Below the pieces are notes generated by a model that saw only the letters and a list, made by a program, of their open reading frames with translations, did not search any database and was not told where the DNA came from. From assembly GCF_963921235.1 (NCBI RefSeq), contig NC_086097.1, forward strand, positions 178,190,001 to 178,254,000: DNA of 64,000 nucleotides, read 5' to 3'. The number at the start of each line of letters is the position of its first letter. Positions within the stretch are counted from its first letter, which is position 1. Below are positions 22,839 to 36,100 of the stretch, piece by piece. The position numbers were made by a program, and so were the translations under genes. Origin of the DNA: Mobula hypostoma. Lineage: Eukaryota.

Positions 22839-25800
22839 AATAAGACCATAAGACAAAGGAGCAGAAGTTCGGCCCATCGAGCTTGCTCCGCCATTTTATC
22901 ATGAGCTGATCCATTCTCCCATTTAGTCTCACTCCCCCGCCTTCTCACCATAACCTTTGATGCCCTGGCTGCTCAGATACCTATCAATCTCTGCCTTAAA
23001 TGCACCAATGACTTGGCCTCCACTGCCACCCGTGGCAACAAATTCCACATATTCACCACCCTCTGGCTAAAAAAATTTCTTCGCCTCTCTGTTCTGAATG
23101 GGTGCCCTTCAATACTTAAGTCATGCCCTCTCGTACTAGACTCCCCCACCATGGGAAACAACTTTGCCACATCCACTCTGTCCATGCCTTTCAACATTCA
23201 AAATGTTTCTATGACGTCTCCCCTCATTCTTCTAAACTCCAAGGAATACAGTCCAAGAGCAGACAAACGTTCCTCATATGTTAACCCCCTCATTCCCAGA
23301 ATCATTCTAGTGAATCTTCTCTGAACTCTCTCCAACATCAACACATACTTTCTTAAATACGGAGCCCAAAACTACGCCAAGTGAGGTCTTACCAGTGCTT
23401 TATAGAGCCTCAACATCATATCCCTGCTCCTATACTCTATTCCTCCAGAAATGAATGCCAACATTGCATTCGCCTTCTTCACCACCGACTCAACCTGGAG
23501 GTTAATCTTAAGGGTTAATTCCCAAGTCCAGTTGCATCTCAGAACTTTGAATTCTCTCCCTATTTAAATAATAGCCTGCTCGTTTATTTCTTCTGCCAAA
23601 GTGCATAATCATACACTTTCCAACATTGTATTTCATTTGCCACTTCTTTGCCCATTCTCCCAATCTATCCAGGTCTCTCTGCAGACTCTGTTTCCTCAGC
23701 ACTACTGGCCCCTCCACCTATCTTTGTATCATCAGCAAACTTAGCCACAAAGCCATTTATTCCATAACGCAAATCGTTGATGTACAACGTAAAAAGAAGC
23801 GGCCCCAACACGGACCCCTGTGGAACACCGCTGGTAATTGGCAGCAAACCAGAATGGGATCCCTTTATTCCCACTCTCTGTTTCCTGCCAATCAGCCAAC
23901 ACTCTATCCACGTATGTAACTTTCCCATAATTCCATGGGCTCTTATCTTGTTTAGCAGCCTCATGTCCAGCAGCTCATCAAAGGCCTTCTGAAAATCCAA
24001 ATACACAACATCCACTGCATCTCCCTTGTCTAGCCTACTTGTAATTTCCTCAAAAAATTGCAATAGGTTTGTCAGGCAGGACTTTCCTTTAAGGAAACCA
24101 TGCTGAGTTCTGCCTATCTTGTCATATGCCTCCAGGTACTCTGTAACCTCATCCTTGACAATTGACTCCAACAACTTCCCAACCACCGATGTCAAGCTAA
24201 CAGGTCTATAATTTCCTTTTTGCTTCCTTGCCCCCTTCTTAAATAGCGGAATGATATTTGCAATCTTCCAGACCTCCGGAACCATGCCAGAATCTATTGA
24301 CTTTTGAAAGATCATTGCTAATGCCTCCGCAATCTCCACAGCTACTTCCTTCAGAACACGAGAGTGCATTCTATCTGGTCAGGGAGATTTATCTACCCTT
24401 AGACTATTCAGCTTCCTGACTACTTTTTCTGTCGTAATTGTGACTGCGCACACTTCTCTTCCCTGACACCCTTGAGTGTCCAGTATACTGCTAATGTCTC
24501 CCTCAGTGAAGGCTGATGCAAAATACTTGTTTAGTTCCTCCGCCATCTTCTTATCTCCCATTACAATTTCTCCAGCATCATTTTCTATCGGTCCTATATC
24601 TACTCTCACCTGTCTTTCACTCTTTATATACTTGAAAAAGCTTTTAGTATCCTCTTTGATATTTTCTGCTAGCTTCCTTTCATAGTTCATCTTTTCCCTC
24701 TTAATGACCTTCTTAGTTTCCTTTTGTAAGCTTTTAAACACTTCCCAATCCTCTGTCTTCCCACTAATTTTTGCTTCCTTGTATGCCCTCTCCTTTGCTT
24801 TAACTTTGGCTTTGACTTCTCTTGTCAGCCACAGTTGCATCCTTTTTCCATTCGAAAATTTCTTCTTTTTTGGAATATACCTGTCTTGCACCTTCCTCAC
24901 TTCTTGCATAAACTCCAGCCACTGCTGCTCTGCTGTCCTTCCCGCTAGTGTCCCTTTCCAATCAACTTTGACCAGTTCCTCTCTCATGCCACTGTAATTT
25001 CCTTTACTCCACTGAAATAACGACACATCAGATTTCAACTTCTTTCTCAAATTTCACAGTGAACTCAATCATGTTATGATCACTGCCTCCTAAGGGTTCC
25101 TTCACCTCAATCTCTCTAATCATCTCTGGTTCATTACACAATACCCAATCAAGTACAGCCAATCCCCTAGTGGGCTCAACAACAAGCTGTTCTAAAAAGC
25201 CATCTCAGAGAGATCCTACAAATTCTGTCTCTTGAGATCCAGTGCCGACCTGATTTTCCCAATCCACTCGCATGCTAAAATCCCCACAATTATCATAACA
25301 TGTCCCTTCTGACAGGCCTTTTCTATTTCCAGTTGTAATTTGTAGTCCACATCACTGCAGCTGTTAGGAGGCCTGTATATAACTGCCATCAGGGTCCTTT
25401 TACCTCTGCAATTTCTTAGCTCAACCCATAAAGATTCTGCACCCTCCAATCCCATGTCACCTCTTTCTAATGATTTAATATCATTTCTTACCAATAAAGC
25501 CAAGCCACCCCCTCTGCCTACCTGCCTATCCTTCCGATACACTATGTATCCTTGGATGTTCAGCTCCCAGAGACATGCATCCTTTAGCCACGTCTCAGTG
25601 ATGGCCACAATATCATACCTGCCAATCTGTAACTGTAAGACAAGATCATCCACTTTATTCCTTATGCTGCGTGCATTTAAGTATAACACCTTAAGTCCAG
25701 TATTTGGTACTTCTTGCTTTGATTGCACTGCAACTCATCCTAATGGCTGCAAATTTGCCCCATCACCTGCCTGCCCTTCCTGACATCTTTACTGCTCACT

Positions 25801-25932
25801 ATCTTAGATTTATTTCTGTTTTCCCCTCACCTCTGCTCTATCATTCCGGTTCCCATCCCCCTGCTAAATTAGTTTAAACCCTCCCTAACAGCTCTATTCA
25901 ACCTTCCCAGCAGGATATTGGTCCTCTTCGGG
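22839..25932 (-). mobile_element. CR1-clade LINE (5'-truncated, frameshifted), same family as 4069-7363
   Basis: APE (25216-25728), linker, RT (SGVPQGSVLGPLLF, FADDTK), same TCTTATGG-type 3' tail; highly similar to the first copy. Confidence 0.92.
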
Positions 25933-26973
25933 TAACGCCATGAAATAATCCAGCACTTACTTTATTCCCACCATACCACCTGCTCTCGACTCATGTAATT
26001 AATGCCACTTAACAGGAGTTTGATTAATGACGTTGAACTGCATAGAATCTGAGGTGATCTTCTCAATTTACATTTTGTCTTGAAATCTTAATCCTTGTTT
26101 TGTCTTTCTAATACCTCACCCCTCCCACATTTCTGCAGATGTAATTCTCCCTCATTCTCCAGTTACTTCGTGCACCTCCCCAATTATTTGTCACCACCTC
26201 TGGTGGTCGTGCCAAGGTTCTAAGATCTTCCTTGAATCTCAACCCCTTCATCTATCTCCTTCGAGTCATCTCAGGCAAGTTATCTCCTTGATGAATCATT
26301 TAGTCATCTACCCCACATTTCTAAGCTACAGACAATGCAAAAAAGAGCAGGATATTGTGCAGGTGTCACATCTGCAATTCCAGAGCTTCAGCCACTCCTT
26401 ACTACGATGAGAACAGTGCAGGAACAGGCCCCTGGCCCACCATTTCTGTGATGACTACGGTGCTTGAAGAACATGAGAACATGAGAAATAAAAACAGAAA
26501 TAGAATACCATTCAGTGCTTCAAACCCTCTGCACCATTCAACAAGATTATGCTAAATCTTTGAGAACGCGAATGTTACTTTCTTGCACTATACTCTGTGC
26601 TTGCCAGTACATAGAGACCTCTCTCTAATTTGAATACAATCATATCTGAGACTTGACAGCCCTCCAAGATAGAGATTTCCAAGAATAATCACATTGAGTG
26701 AAGACATTTTTCCATATTTGAGTCTGGTATGTTCTTGGGACCATTTTGAGAACATGACCAGTAATGGAAAATCAAATAGTCCTTTGAATGAGATTTATTT
26801 TTCAAATAGATCATGATGAACAAACAATATGAAGGATGCATATAAACAATGACAGACCATACACAAGCAAAAACTGCTGTGCAGTTCATATTTTTATAAC
26901 TGCATATACAAAAATATAAAATACTCCAGGCAATTATTTTGTACCCAAAAGCAAAATAAATTTATGCACTCAC

Positions 26974-27100
26974 CTGCAAATGCCATGCAGACATGATCAT
27001 CAAGTGCACAGATTTTTCGCACCGTTCTCTCCTCCTGAAGTTTTGCAACGGACTTTTTCTCCACACCCAAGACAACTATATCTTTACCTCGTATCCCAAC
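26974..27100 (-). CDS. PSMA8: Proteasome alpha4 subunit, coding exon 2 (127 nt)
   Basis: AG/GT bounded; [43 protein letters not shown], phase 0 to 1. Confidence 0.93.
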
Positions 27101-27632
27101 CTTGAAAGAAAAATTGTATCTTTATTGCAAAAATGGTTGAAGAAAAATGTTGTTCAGTGACACATAAAGAACTGGAATTGGTTTATTATTGTTACACGTA
27201 CTGTATTGAGATACAGAGAAAATTTGTCTTGCATACTGTTCATACAGATCAAATCATTACACAGTGCAATGAGGTAGTGCAAGGTAAAACGACAAGAATG
27301 CAGCAGCTACATAAAAGGTAAACAATAAGGTGCAAGATTATGAAAAGGCAGACAATCTCTAGTAAGAAACCATTCAATAGCCAACAGTGGGGCAGTAGCT
27401 GTCCTTGAGCCCAGTGTTATGTGCTTGCAGGCTTTTGTATCCTCTGCTCGATAGGAGGGGGCAGAAGAGAGAATGACCGAGGTGGGGGAGACTGGGGCGA
27501 TGATGGGGGAGGGGCGTGGTGGATGGGAGGCGTGCGGAAAGGAAAGAGTTCGAGCCTCAGTAGGCTCTGTGCACTGACGGCCCTTCCTCCCACAAATCCA
27601 ACTACCAAAGCTCTTTGAAACCGAACACTTAC

Positions 27633-27734
27633 CGCTGTAGACCCCTTCTTCACCGCTTCCTGCGCGTATTCTACCTGAAAGAGGTGACCATCGGGCGAAA
27701 AAACAGTGATGGCACGGTCATACCTGGCCGCCAT
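27633..27734 (-). CDS. PSMA8: Proteasome 20S subunit alpha4 (PSMA8/PSMA7-like), coding exon 1
   Basis: ATG at 27734; encodes [34 protein letters not shown] (alpha-subunit N-terminal signature); GTAAGT donor follows. The PSMA8 rather than PSMA7 label rests on adjacency to SS18 and on PSMA8-type residues ([38 protein letters not shown]). Family call is certain; paralogue call is less so. Confidence 0.93.
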
Positions 27735-28922
27735 AGTGCAGCCCGCCACTGCACATGCGCCCGTCCGGCTCGCTCCCTATCAACAATGCGCACGCGTCTG
27801 ATACCGGCTCCCTCCCTCCCCCCCTCCCGCCGTTGCGCATGCGTTCGGCGTCGAGTCCCCCTTACTTCTGTCACGTTACGCTCGCGTTTGTGTCCGGCTT
27901 CCTAACCCTGTCACTGAGTGGTTGGGATAAATAACTGTAAATTTTGGACCATTCGTGCTATTTTTAAGTAGTCAATAAGATATGATTCGCTCCATTGTTC
28001 GCATCGAGGATGATATTTATTTGTTTCCTAATGGAGTTAATCCCTACCCCTTTCTGCAGGTTCGCTCTGGCCCCTCCACCACGCTGGTTGGTAGGAACCA
28101 TATGCAGATAGGGAGGTATTTAGAGGCGAAACTTTTATAAAAGCAACATGGGTGCCAACCTATGGCCACTTATTTCAACATTCAAATATTGAATAATTCA
28201 CTCAGAATATATCGATTGTAAATAGCCGAGTCAGTAAATGAATTGGAGTGATGTCGGCTAACGTCTGGTGTTCTCCCCTGCTGCTTCCTGAGCTGAGGCC
28301 CGACCACTTGGTCAGATCAGTGGGGTGGCAGGAAGAGGGTTGCCCCCTGCACTCTGCCCGGTTCTTGCGTCGAGCTGATCGCATACATATGCACAAATGC
28401 ATTCAAACCATGCACCGGAACTTCATCACCTTCCTCTGCTTTTGGAGTGACTTTTTTTCTGGCTGAAATTCAGAGCATCCCTTTACAAAGGGTTTGCATG
28501 TGGAGGGAAATTTCATTTCTCTTATCCATTGAGAGCCAGGAGGCAGCAACTAACTGGTTTAACCAGCACAAACCGGACTCAACACTCACGCTGTAAATGC
28601 AGAATGCTAACATTGAATGCACACGGTCTCTTCTGTATCAGACCGAACCTACTTGCTGGAGTCTGGTCTGCATCACACACACACGCCACTATTTTCTGGG
28701 GGCGGGGAAAAAACCTTTCCTTTCCTCTTCCCCCTCTTTGCACAGTTGTCACCAATGTGAGTTTAGCAAACCTCCTCCCCCATCCAGTATCAAAAGAAGG
28801 GGAGGAGTTAAAAGATATTTGTGTTCTCCTGAATTGTGCGCGTGTGTGGTGTTGCAAAAAAAGGGGGGGGGGTTGGTATTCATTAAAAGGAAAGGGGAAA
28901 TTCCACGCTCACACTCAAGACG
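27735..28922. promoter_or_regulatory. Divergent (candidate bidirectional) promoter and 5' UTR region shared by PSMA8-like and SS18
   Basis: 1188 bp between the two start codons; CpG-dense at 27735-27900 and near the SS18 ATG; NRF1-like motifs TGCACATGCGC 27750-27760, TGCGCACGCG 27787-27796, TGCGCATGCG 27834-27843; no recognisable TE. Confidence 0.75.
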
Positions 28923-28991
28923 ATGTCCGTGGCTTTTGCTACTCCGCGGCAGCGCGGGAAAGGTGAAATTACACCTGCCGCCATTCAGAAG
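28923..28991 (+). CDS. SS18: SS18 subunit of BAF chromatin remodelling complex, coding exon 1
   Basis: ATG 28923; MSVAFATPRQRGKGEITPAAIQK then GT donor; matches the SS18 N-terminus (MSVAFAAPRQRGKGEITPAAIQK) rather than SS18L1. Confidence 0.95.
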
Positions 28992-30812
28992 GTAAAGTAG
29001 CTAGTGTTTGTAACATTGTATCTGTTCCAAGTGTTACATATAGCGGGAGTTGTAAAGCTTCAGAGGCCTGTCCGTTCATTTTAATTGTTTGCATTGCAAT
29101 TCTAATTCATATTTTAAACTTAAATCCAGAAGCGGTTTTTAAAATTCCGTGTATTTTTATTTTAAAACACATCTTGTTGGGTTCTTCGTATTGAATGTGT
29201 TCTTTGTACAAAGAGAGAGGGGGGAATTCAACCACAGCGGCCATGATGAGAGTTGGCTGTTGTAGAAAATTTCTTCTCTTTATGCTGAAGCTTGAGTACA
29301 TTTCCCAAACTGTAGTCTTTTTTTCCTCTGTCTCTCGCTCTCTCTCTGTTTTTCTCAGTCGTTCACTATTGGCGCGAGTGAAGATTATTGTCTGAGTAAC
29401 AGAGTTGGACTTGTAACTTTTAATCCAATGCTAGTTTCGTATTGTATAATGGTTTGGTTTTAATGTGAAGTATTCCTCTTGCGCGGTTTTGATGGCGTGG
29501 AGTGTCTGTATTTTAAAGCTAAATTTACTCTTTAAAATATTTATGCATGATACAGTAAAATGAGTTTTTCGCTGCTTTAACTGTAAGTCTGAATTGAGTT
29601 ATCTTCATATTGTGGGGGATTTTCCCAAATGTATTTTAAACACTAAAAACGCAAGTAGGGACTTATTTTTCAGCGATTGGTTTCCTGTGAAGTTCTCTCC
29701 TCGTCTAGCTGGTGAAAATCCGCTATGCGATTTGATGACTTTGTGTCAAGTCTTAGCAGGACTATTCTCGCTAATTGTGCTCACGTTGGCTTTAAAATGT
29801 AACTGACTAAACTCTGCTCCCAGGAATTTCGCAGGAGGGTTTTTAGTTGTAGTTAGCTTCTCCCCTGGCATTAAGCAGTCGCAGTTCCTTTTGCATTTCT
29901 CACTTTTGATAAAGGCCGCCACTTTCAGAACAAAGTGGGGGGGGGTCCTTTTGCGGGCAAAATGGAAAGCAAGTTGGGCCAGAATATGGGTATAATAGCG
30001 CAAGAATTTCGCGATATACTCTAAATTCGGATGTACCATGTGGGAAAATGGACCCATGATTAGAATTGCAACAATGACTCCAGTGAATTTGGCTGCCTTC
30101 TTGGGGCTATTGAAATGACTTTTTTTCTTAATTTAAGAATTTTGGGTAATCCAAGATGTTGCAAAAAGAGTTCGAGTTATGCTTTTGTGAAGTCAATGCA
30201 GCGGCCATTTTGTGTGCAGCAAGATCCCAGGAATAATTGTGTGAAAGTGAAGAAACTTAGTTACAATTATTAGTCCGTCCAAAAAAAGCCGTCCTAATCT
30301 TTTGGTTGATGAATCTCTAACTACATGAAATTAGTAAAATACTTGAAAAAGCTTTCATTACATCCATTTCCTTACCCTGTCTATAAACCTAAAGCCAGAG
30401 TTGGTGAAAATTATGTATTTTTCACTCTTCCACAATATTCTTCACTATTTTCTAATGAATTCCAAGACAAATCACGGGTAATTCAAGTTACTGAATATTA
30501 CTCAGCAGGTGCATGAAGTAAACGTGAGGAGCATCAAAGCAAGAGTGATCACAATGTAAGATCATGTAACATAGCTAGCATTCAGATTAAAGTAAGCTAA
30601 TGTGTGGATGTATCTGGGAGCGCTACAGGACAAATACTTTGCCAAAAAGAACAGCTGTAAAGATCAAGATAGTTGCTCACACTTTGCTTGAGGTTTGTAA
30701 AGTTGAGTCTTGATTATACAGTAAAATAGACAAATGAAATGAGTTGATACAAAGAACAGCACAGAAACAGGCCATTCGGCCGACAATGTTGTGACAAACT
30801 AATTAAAATCAT

Positions 30813-30927
30813 AACAGATCTTACTAACTCTTCCTTCAGTTAGTCCTGACGAAGGGTCTCGGCCTGAAATGTCGACTGCACCTCTTCCTACAGATGCTGC
30901 CTGGCCTGCTGCGTTCACCAGCAACTT
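30813..30927 (+). mobile_element. Solo 115-bp Penelope terminal-repeat cassette carrying a hammerhead motif, with 13-bp TSD
   Basis: Near-identical to 22636-22748; flanked by TAATTAAAATCAT at 30800-30812 and 30928-30940. Confidence 0.85.
30842..30877 (+). ncRNA. Hammerhead ribozyme motif with two CpG-type transitions
   Basis: AGUC-CUGACGA-A-GGGU(CUCG)GCCU-GAAA-UGUC/GACU. Confidence 0.7.
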
Positions 30928-32224
30928 TAATTAAAATCATGATTAAATGCCTAACTAAGCTAAATGCTTCCACCTTACACAATGTCCATATCCCATCCTT
31001 ATTTGTGCATTAAAGTGCCTATCTAAGAGCCCTCTTAAATGCTGCTCAAATGTGCTTTCCAGGTATTCACCATTCTGTGTGCATGTGTATATAATGCCTC
31101 ACATGTCTGGTTTGAACTTGTCTCCTTCACCTTAAATGCTTGCCCTCTGGTATTTATTTAAACCAGGGTGGTCTATCTGTGTCTCTCATAAGCTTTTAAA
31201 CTACTTTCAGGTCCCAAGTTTGTCCACTCATTATTGTGTATGTCCTCTCATTATAGTATAATCTGTGCAGCATCCTTGCAAACCTCTTCATAACTGCCAT
31301 ATTCTTCCTACAATGGAGTAACCAAAACTAAATGCAATACTTCATATATGGCCTAACCAGAGTTTCAGAACTTCCCAACTCCAGAGCCCTGTTCCTCAAC
31401 TGGTAAAGACAGACATATATTAAGTCCTTACCACCCTATCAATTTGTGCATCCAGTTTTTCTTAATTCAGAAACAAATAAACAACATAAATAAGGTGATG
31501 TTTAGATGTAAACTGAAGAAACAGAAGATCAATTCTGCCAAAGACAAAGTTTCAAGGTTCAAAGTACATTTATTATCAAAGTATGTATACATTATACAAC
31601 CTTGAGATTTGTCTCCTAACAGGCAGCCACAAAACAAAGAAAGCCAAAATAACTCATTTTAAAAAAAGAATGTCACATGCACACTGTGCTGAGAAAATAA
31701 AGACAAATCATGCAAGCAAATAGCGTTCAGAACTGAAACCCATAGTTCAGAGCAATGAGCACTCTCTCCATCGTCCCTCACCTTGGACCCTTACACCCTG
31801 ACCTTTTCAATCTGGCCCTGCACCCAAATCGTCATCCAAACATTGGATCCAGTCAGTTGGATACTCTTTGGGGCCGGTATTTAGCCCCGTATTACAGTAC
31901 CAACGAATTCTGAGTTAGAAGCGATTAAATAATAGTGCCTGGATTACAGCATGTCTGACGATATGAAGCAGAACAACTCCATGGGGATTTAGTGGAAGGC
32001 ATAGGTGGGATATTAGGGGTAGGTTTTTTACACAGGCGCTGGTGGGTTTGTGGAGCGCTTTGCCAGGATGGATGATGGAAGCGGATATACCAGGGTGATT
32101 TAAGATGCTCTTATCTAAGAACATTAATAATAGAAAAGAATGGAAGATTATGTAGGAGGGAAGGAATAGATTGATCTTGGTGTAGGTTAAAATAGTAGCA
32201 CAACATTGCGGGCCAAAGGGCCTG

Positions 32225-33190
32225 TATACATCCATGACTGTGTGGCTAGGCACAGCTCAAATGCCATCCATAAATTTACTGATGACACCGCTATTGTTGG
32301 CAGAATTTCAGATGGTGATGAGGTGTACAGGAGGGAAATGTTGAGTGGTGTCGCAGAAACATCCTTGCTCTCAACATCAGTAAGACCAATGAGTTGATTG
32401 TTGACTTCAGAAGGTTAAGTCGAGGGCGCGCACACACACCAGTCCTTATTGAGAGATCGATAGTGGAAAGGGTGAGCAATTTCAAGTTCCTGGGTGTCAA
32501 CGTCTCTGAAGATCTATCCTAGGTCCAACATACTGATGCAATTACAAAGGCATAACTGAGGCTATATTTCATAAGAAGTTTGAGGAGAAGTTTTGTGTCA
32601 AAGATAAGTTTCTACAGGTGTTCTGTGCAGAGCATTCTAACTGGCCAAATCACTGCCTGGGATGTGGGAGGCACCACTGCGCAGGATCGAAATGAGCTGC
32701 AGAGAATTGTTAAACTCAGTCAGCTCCCTCATCGGCACTAACCTCCCCACCCCAACATCCAGAACATCTTCAGGAAGCAATACCTCAAAAAGGCAACATC
32801 CATTATTAAAGCCCCCCCATCACCCAGGACATGCCCTCTTGCCACTGCTAGCATCGTGGAGGAGGTACAGGAGCCTGAAGGCACACACTCAATGATTCAG
32901 CAATAGCTTCTTCCCCTCTGCCATCAGAATTCTGAATGGACGTTGAACCCATGAACAATACCGGACTACTTTTTTATTCCTCTTTTTGCACTACTTATTT
33001 AATTTAACTTTTAAAAAAAAAAATCCTTTATATATTCAGAAATCTGGCAGAAGGAAAGAAGCAATTGCAATAAATGTATATTTACTGTAATTTAAAGTTA
33101 TTAATATGTATTGTGATGTACTGCTGCTGCATAACAACAAATTTCATGGAATATTCCAGTGATATTAAACCTAATTCTGAATCAGAATAC
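32225..33190 (+). mobile_element. Rex1/Babar LINE, degenerate RT and 3' end
   Basis: [49 protein letters not shown]; tail ATATTAAACCTAATTCTGAATC. Confidence 0.8.
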
Positions 33191-36100
33191 TGAAATCTTT
33201 TATTTGGATTTGCAGTAGAAAGTTCAAAAATCCGAAGTGTTAAAGAATGTGAAGGACGTGGAGGCTTTACAGAGTGCAAAATAGGTTCACGATGATGATC
33301 CCAAGATAAGTGGGCAAATGCACGACAGAGAAGATGGTCAAACTTGAATTATTTTCTCTGGAGTGACAGAGACTGAGGGGAGAACTTACAGAAGTTAATA
33401 ACCTTCTGAGAGCCGTTGGATAGGCACATGAATGTGCAGAGAATGGAGGAGTATGGAACACATACAAGCAGAGAGGATTAGTTTAATTAGGTGTCATTAG
33501 ATTAATTAGATTGGCACAAGGGTGTGTACCTGTGTTGTGCTGTTCTGTGTTCTAATAAGCCATTTCTTCAGGAAAAAGATGAACTTTTCCACTATTATTG
33601 AATTCTTTAAAATAGTGAGAGAGGATAATGCACTCTGTTTTGCTCAGCTGGACAGAAGCTAAGTTCTCCTCTGTACAAAAGGTTAGGTCCAAGTGAACAA
33701 GTTTGGATGGATTTGGACAGTGTTGAGAGGGGGAGAACACTGGAGATAGTTCACAACCATCAGGTAAGCTATTTTAAGTGTAATTATTTTCTGAAACTCG
33801 TGAGGAGTGGAAACAGTTGAGCAGAATCCTGCAAGGTCAAGGGAAGAGGCAGGTGTTAATTCAGTGTGGAGTAAGATGTTGATGAACCAGCCCAACTTTA
33901 CATTTTGGCAAATGAATTTCATGCCTTAATGACCTTGGTTTCAATCAAGCCACTCTTAAGTCAATGGGAGCATAAAATGATATTGGAAACCATTATCGTA
34001 GGCCAAAGAACAGTAGGCTACAAGCCTGTCACGGGTAAAGGAGGTTGGTGTAAAGGACAGTATAGATTACGTGGGCTGAAATGCTTGTACAACTCAAAGA
34101 CTCAAAGTACCAAGTGTTGTTTTTCAGGAACTGGAGCTGAAATGTACAGTTGAACTCGTGAAGCTCTCTAGCAACAGACCATCTGTGGAGGGACTACTCA
34201 GTAGGTCAAGCAGCATGTGTGGTACCTCATACTTGAGTAGGTCCTTAGGTCATACTTGGATTATGCTATTTTAATCACTTTGTGGTGGGTGGAGTGAAGC
34301 TAAGAAGGCACTGAAGGGTTTGCAAAGAAAAGCAAGATTGTAAGAACTTGGGTTATAACCATCAGATGAGGTTGCTCTGTCCATGAGTCCCAAAAAATTA
34401 TGAGATTTGTCATGGCATAAATAAAAGTTTTTAAAAAATGGTGTCAACACTTGGGTCAGGCAGAATCTATGGAGGGAGGGTAAAGTTTCCTTGTTCTCTG
34501 AGTAGATCACTAATAAACGTTTTAACACTTTTTTGACTTGCTGAACATATTCTGCTGATCAGACTATCTTTGTTGGTTTTATTAAAACTTTTGTAGATTT
34601 TTTTTCTTTGAGGATGGACACTTGTGGATTCTCAAGTTGGAGCTATGAATAGATGACGGAGAATTTGGAGAAAAATGTTTCCTTGCAGTATTTCCTGAAG
34701 AGAGCTAGCTATGGAGGGTGGGAGGAGGGAGTTCAAGGGGCCAGTTTTGGGTCTGACTTTTGATGTAGTGGACTGTAGAACACAGAGCAGACCCTTTTGC
34801 CCACAGTGTTTTGCAGATCTAATTAAACTGTACTTAAAATGCCCAATGACATTCATCCCTACTCACTACACAATATCCATATCCTTCCAGTCTCGACACA
34901 TTCATATGTCTGTCTAACAAGCTCTTGAACACCTGTATTGTATTTGTCTCCACCACCACCCCAAACATCCTCTACTCTCTCTATTTTAAAAAAAACACTT
35001 GCCTCAAACATTTTGAACTTCGCTTTCTCCCTCCCTCCCCTCCTTTCACAAAAAACACTTAAAAAGATATCAGATATTTACTTTGTCTGTGCCTCCCATA
35101 ACTTTTTGAGTGCTCTGGGATCTCTTCTTGCCTTTGCATCTTCTGGAGCCCCCTGGAATTGCCCCTGTACCACCATTGTTTACGCTGCATATGTGCAACA
35201 AGAGAACAAAATAGTGAGGTTGCTTTCATGGATCATTCAGAGATCTGATTGCAGAGAAGAAGCTTTTTCTAAAACATTGTGTGTCTTCAGGCTTCTGTGC
35301 CACCATCTCTGCTGGTGAAAAGAGGGCATGTCCTGAATGATGAGGGTCCTTAATGATGCAGGGTACCTTCCTGAGGCGCAGCATTTTGAAGATGTTCTTG
35401 GTGGTGGGGAGGCTAGTGCCCACCATCTTTTGTCTCGGTGACATACTAAATCTCTTAAAACTCCTGATGAAGTACAGTTGATGGAAACTCCTAATGAAAT
35501 ATAGTCAATGCAATCAGTATTTTGTTGCATTTGGAACAATAGGAGAAATTGACTGCAAAATTCTTACAGACACAAGGGCTGGATGTAGGGAGGATGTTTC
35601 CTGTGGCTGAGGAGTCTAGAACTGGGTGAACACTTTCAGATTGAGATGAGGGGTGTGTGTTGGAATGAGCTGCCAGGAACAGTGGCTGAGGTGGGCACAG
35701 TGGCAACATTTAAAAGCCATCTCAGAAAATACACAGATAGGTGAGGCTTGGAAAGCTATGACCCAAATGGTCTAGCTTGCTGGGCGATGGAGTCAGCATG
35801 GATAGGTTGGGCCAAAGAACTGGTTTCCATGCTGTACGTGACTGTGGAGAAATGCCTTCACGTGAGAGTGGTGAACCTTCAGAATTCGGAAGGACAAGTG
35901 TGGAGTGGTGCCTCTGTTTTCCACACCAAATCAGAATTCAGCCCCAGTGCAGAACAGACAATGATTAACGGTTAGGAAAGTCTGCTTTATTTGTTTGCAA
36001 TCTCAGCAGAGTGAGTCATCACCAAACAAGATCCTGAGTGGGACTGACAGAGGCTGGCGGGAGTCTGGAATCAGAGGACATTGGCTCAGATGTTTCAGAC

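Noticed and set aside
27735..27749. Upstream in-frame extension (MAGCT) of the proteasome ORF
   Set aside because: Starts at GTG in the ORF track; the conserved start is the ATG at 27734.
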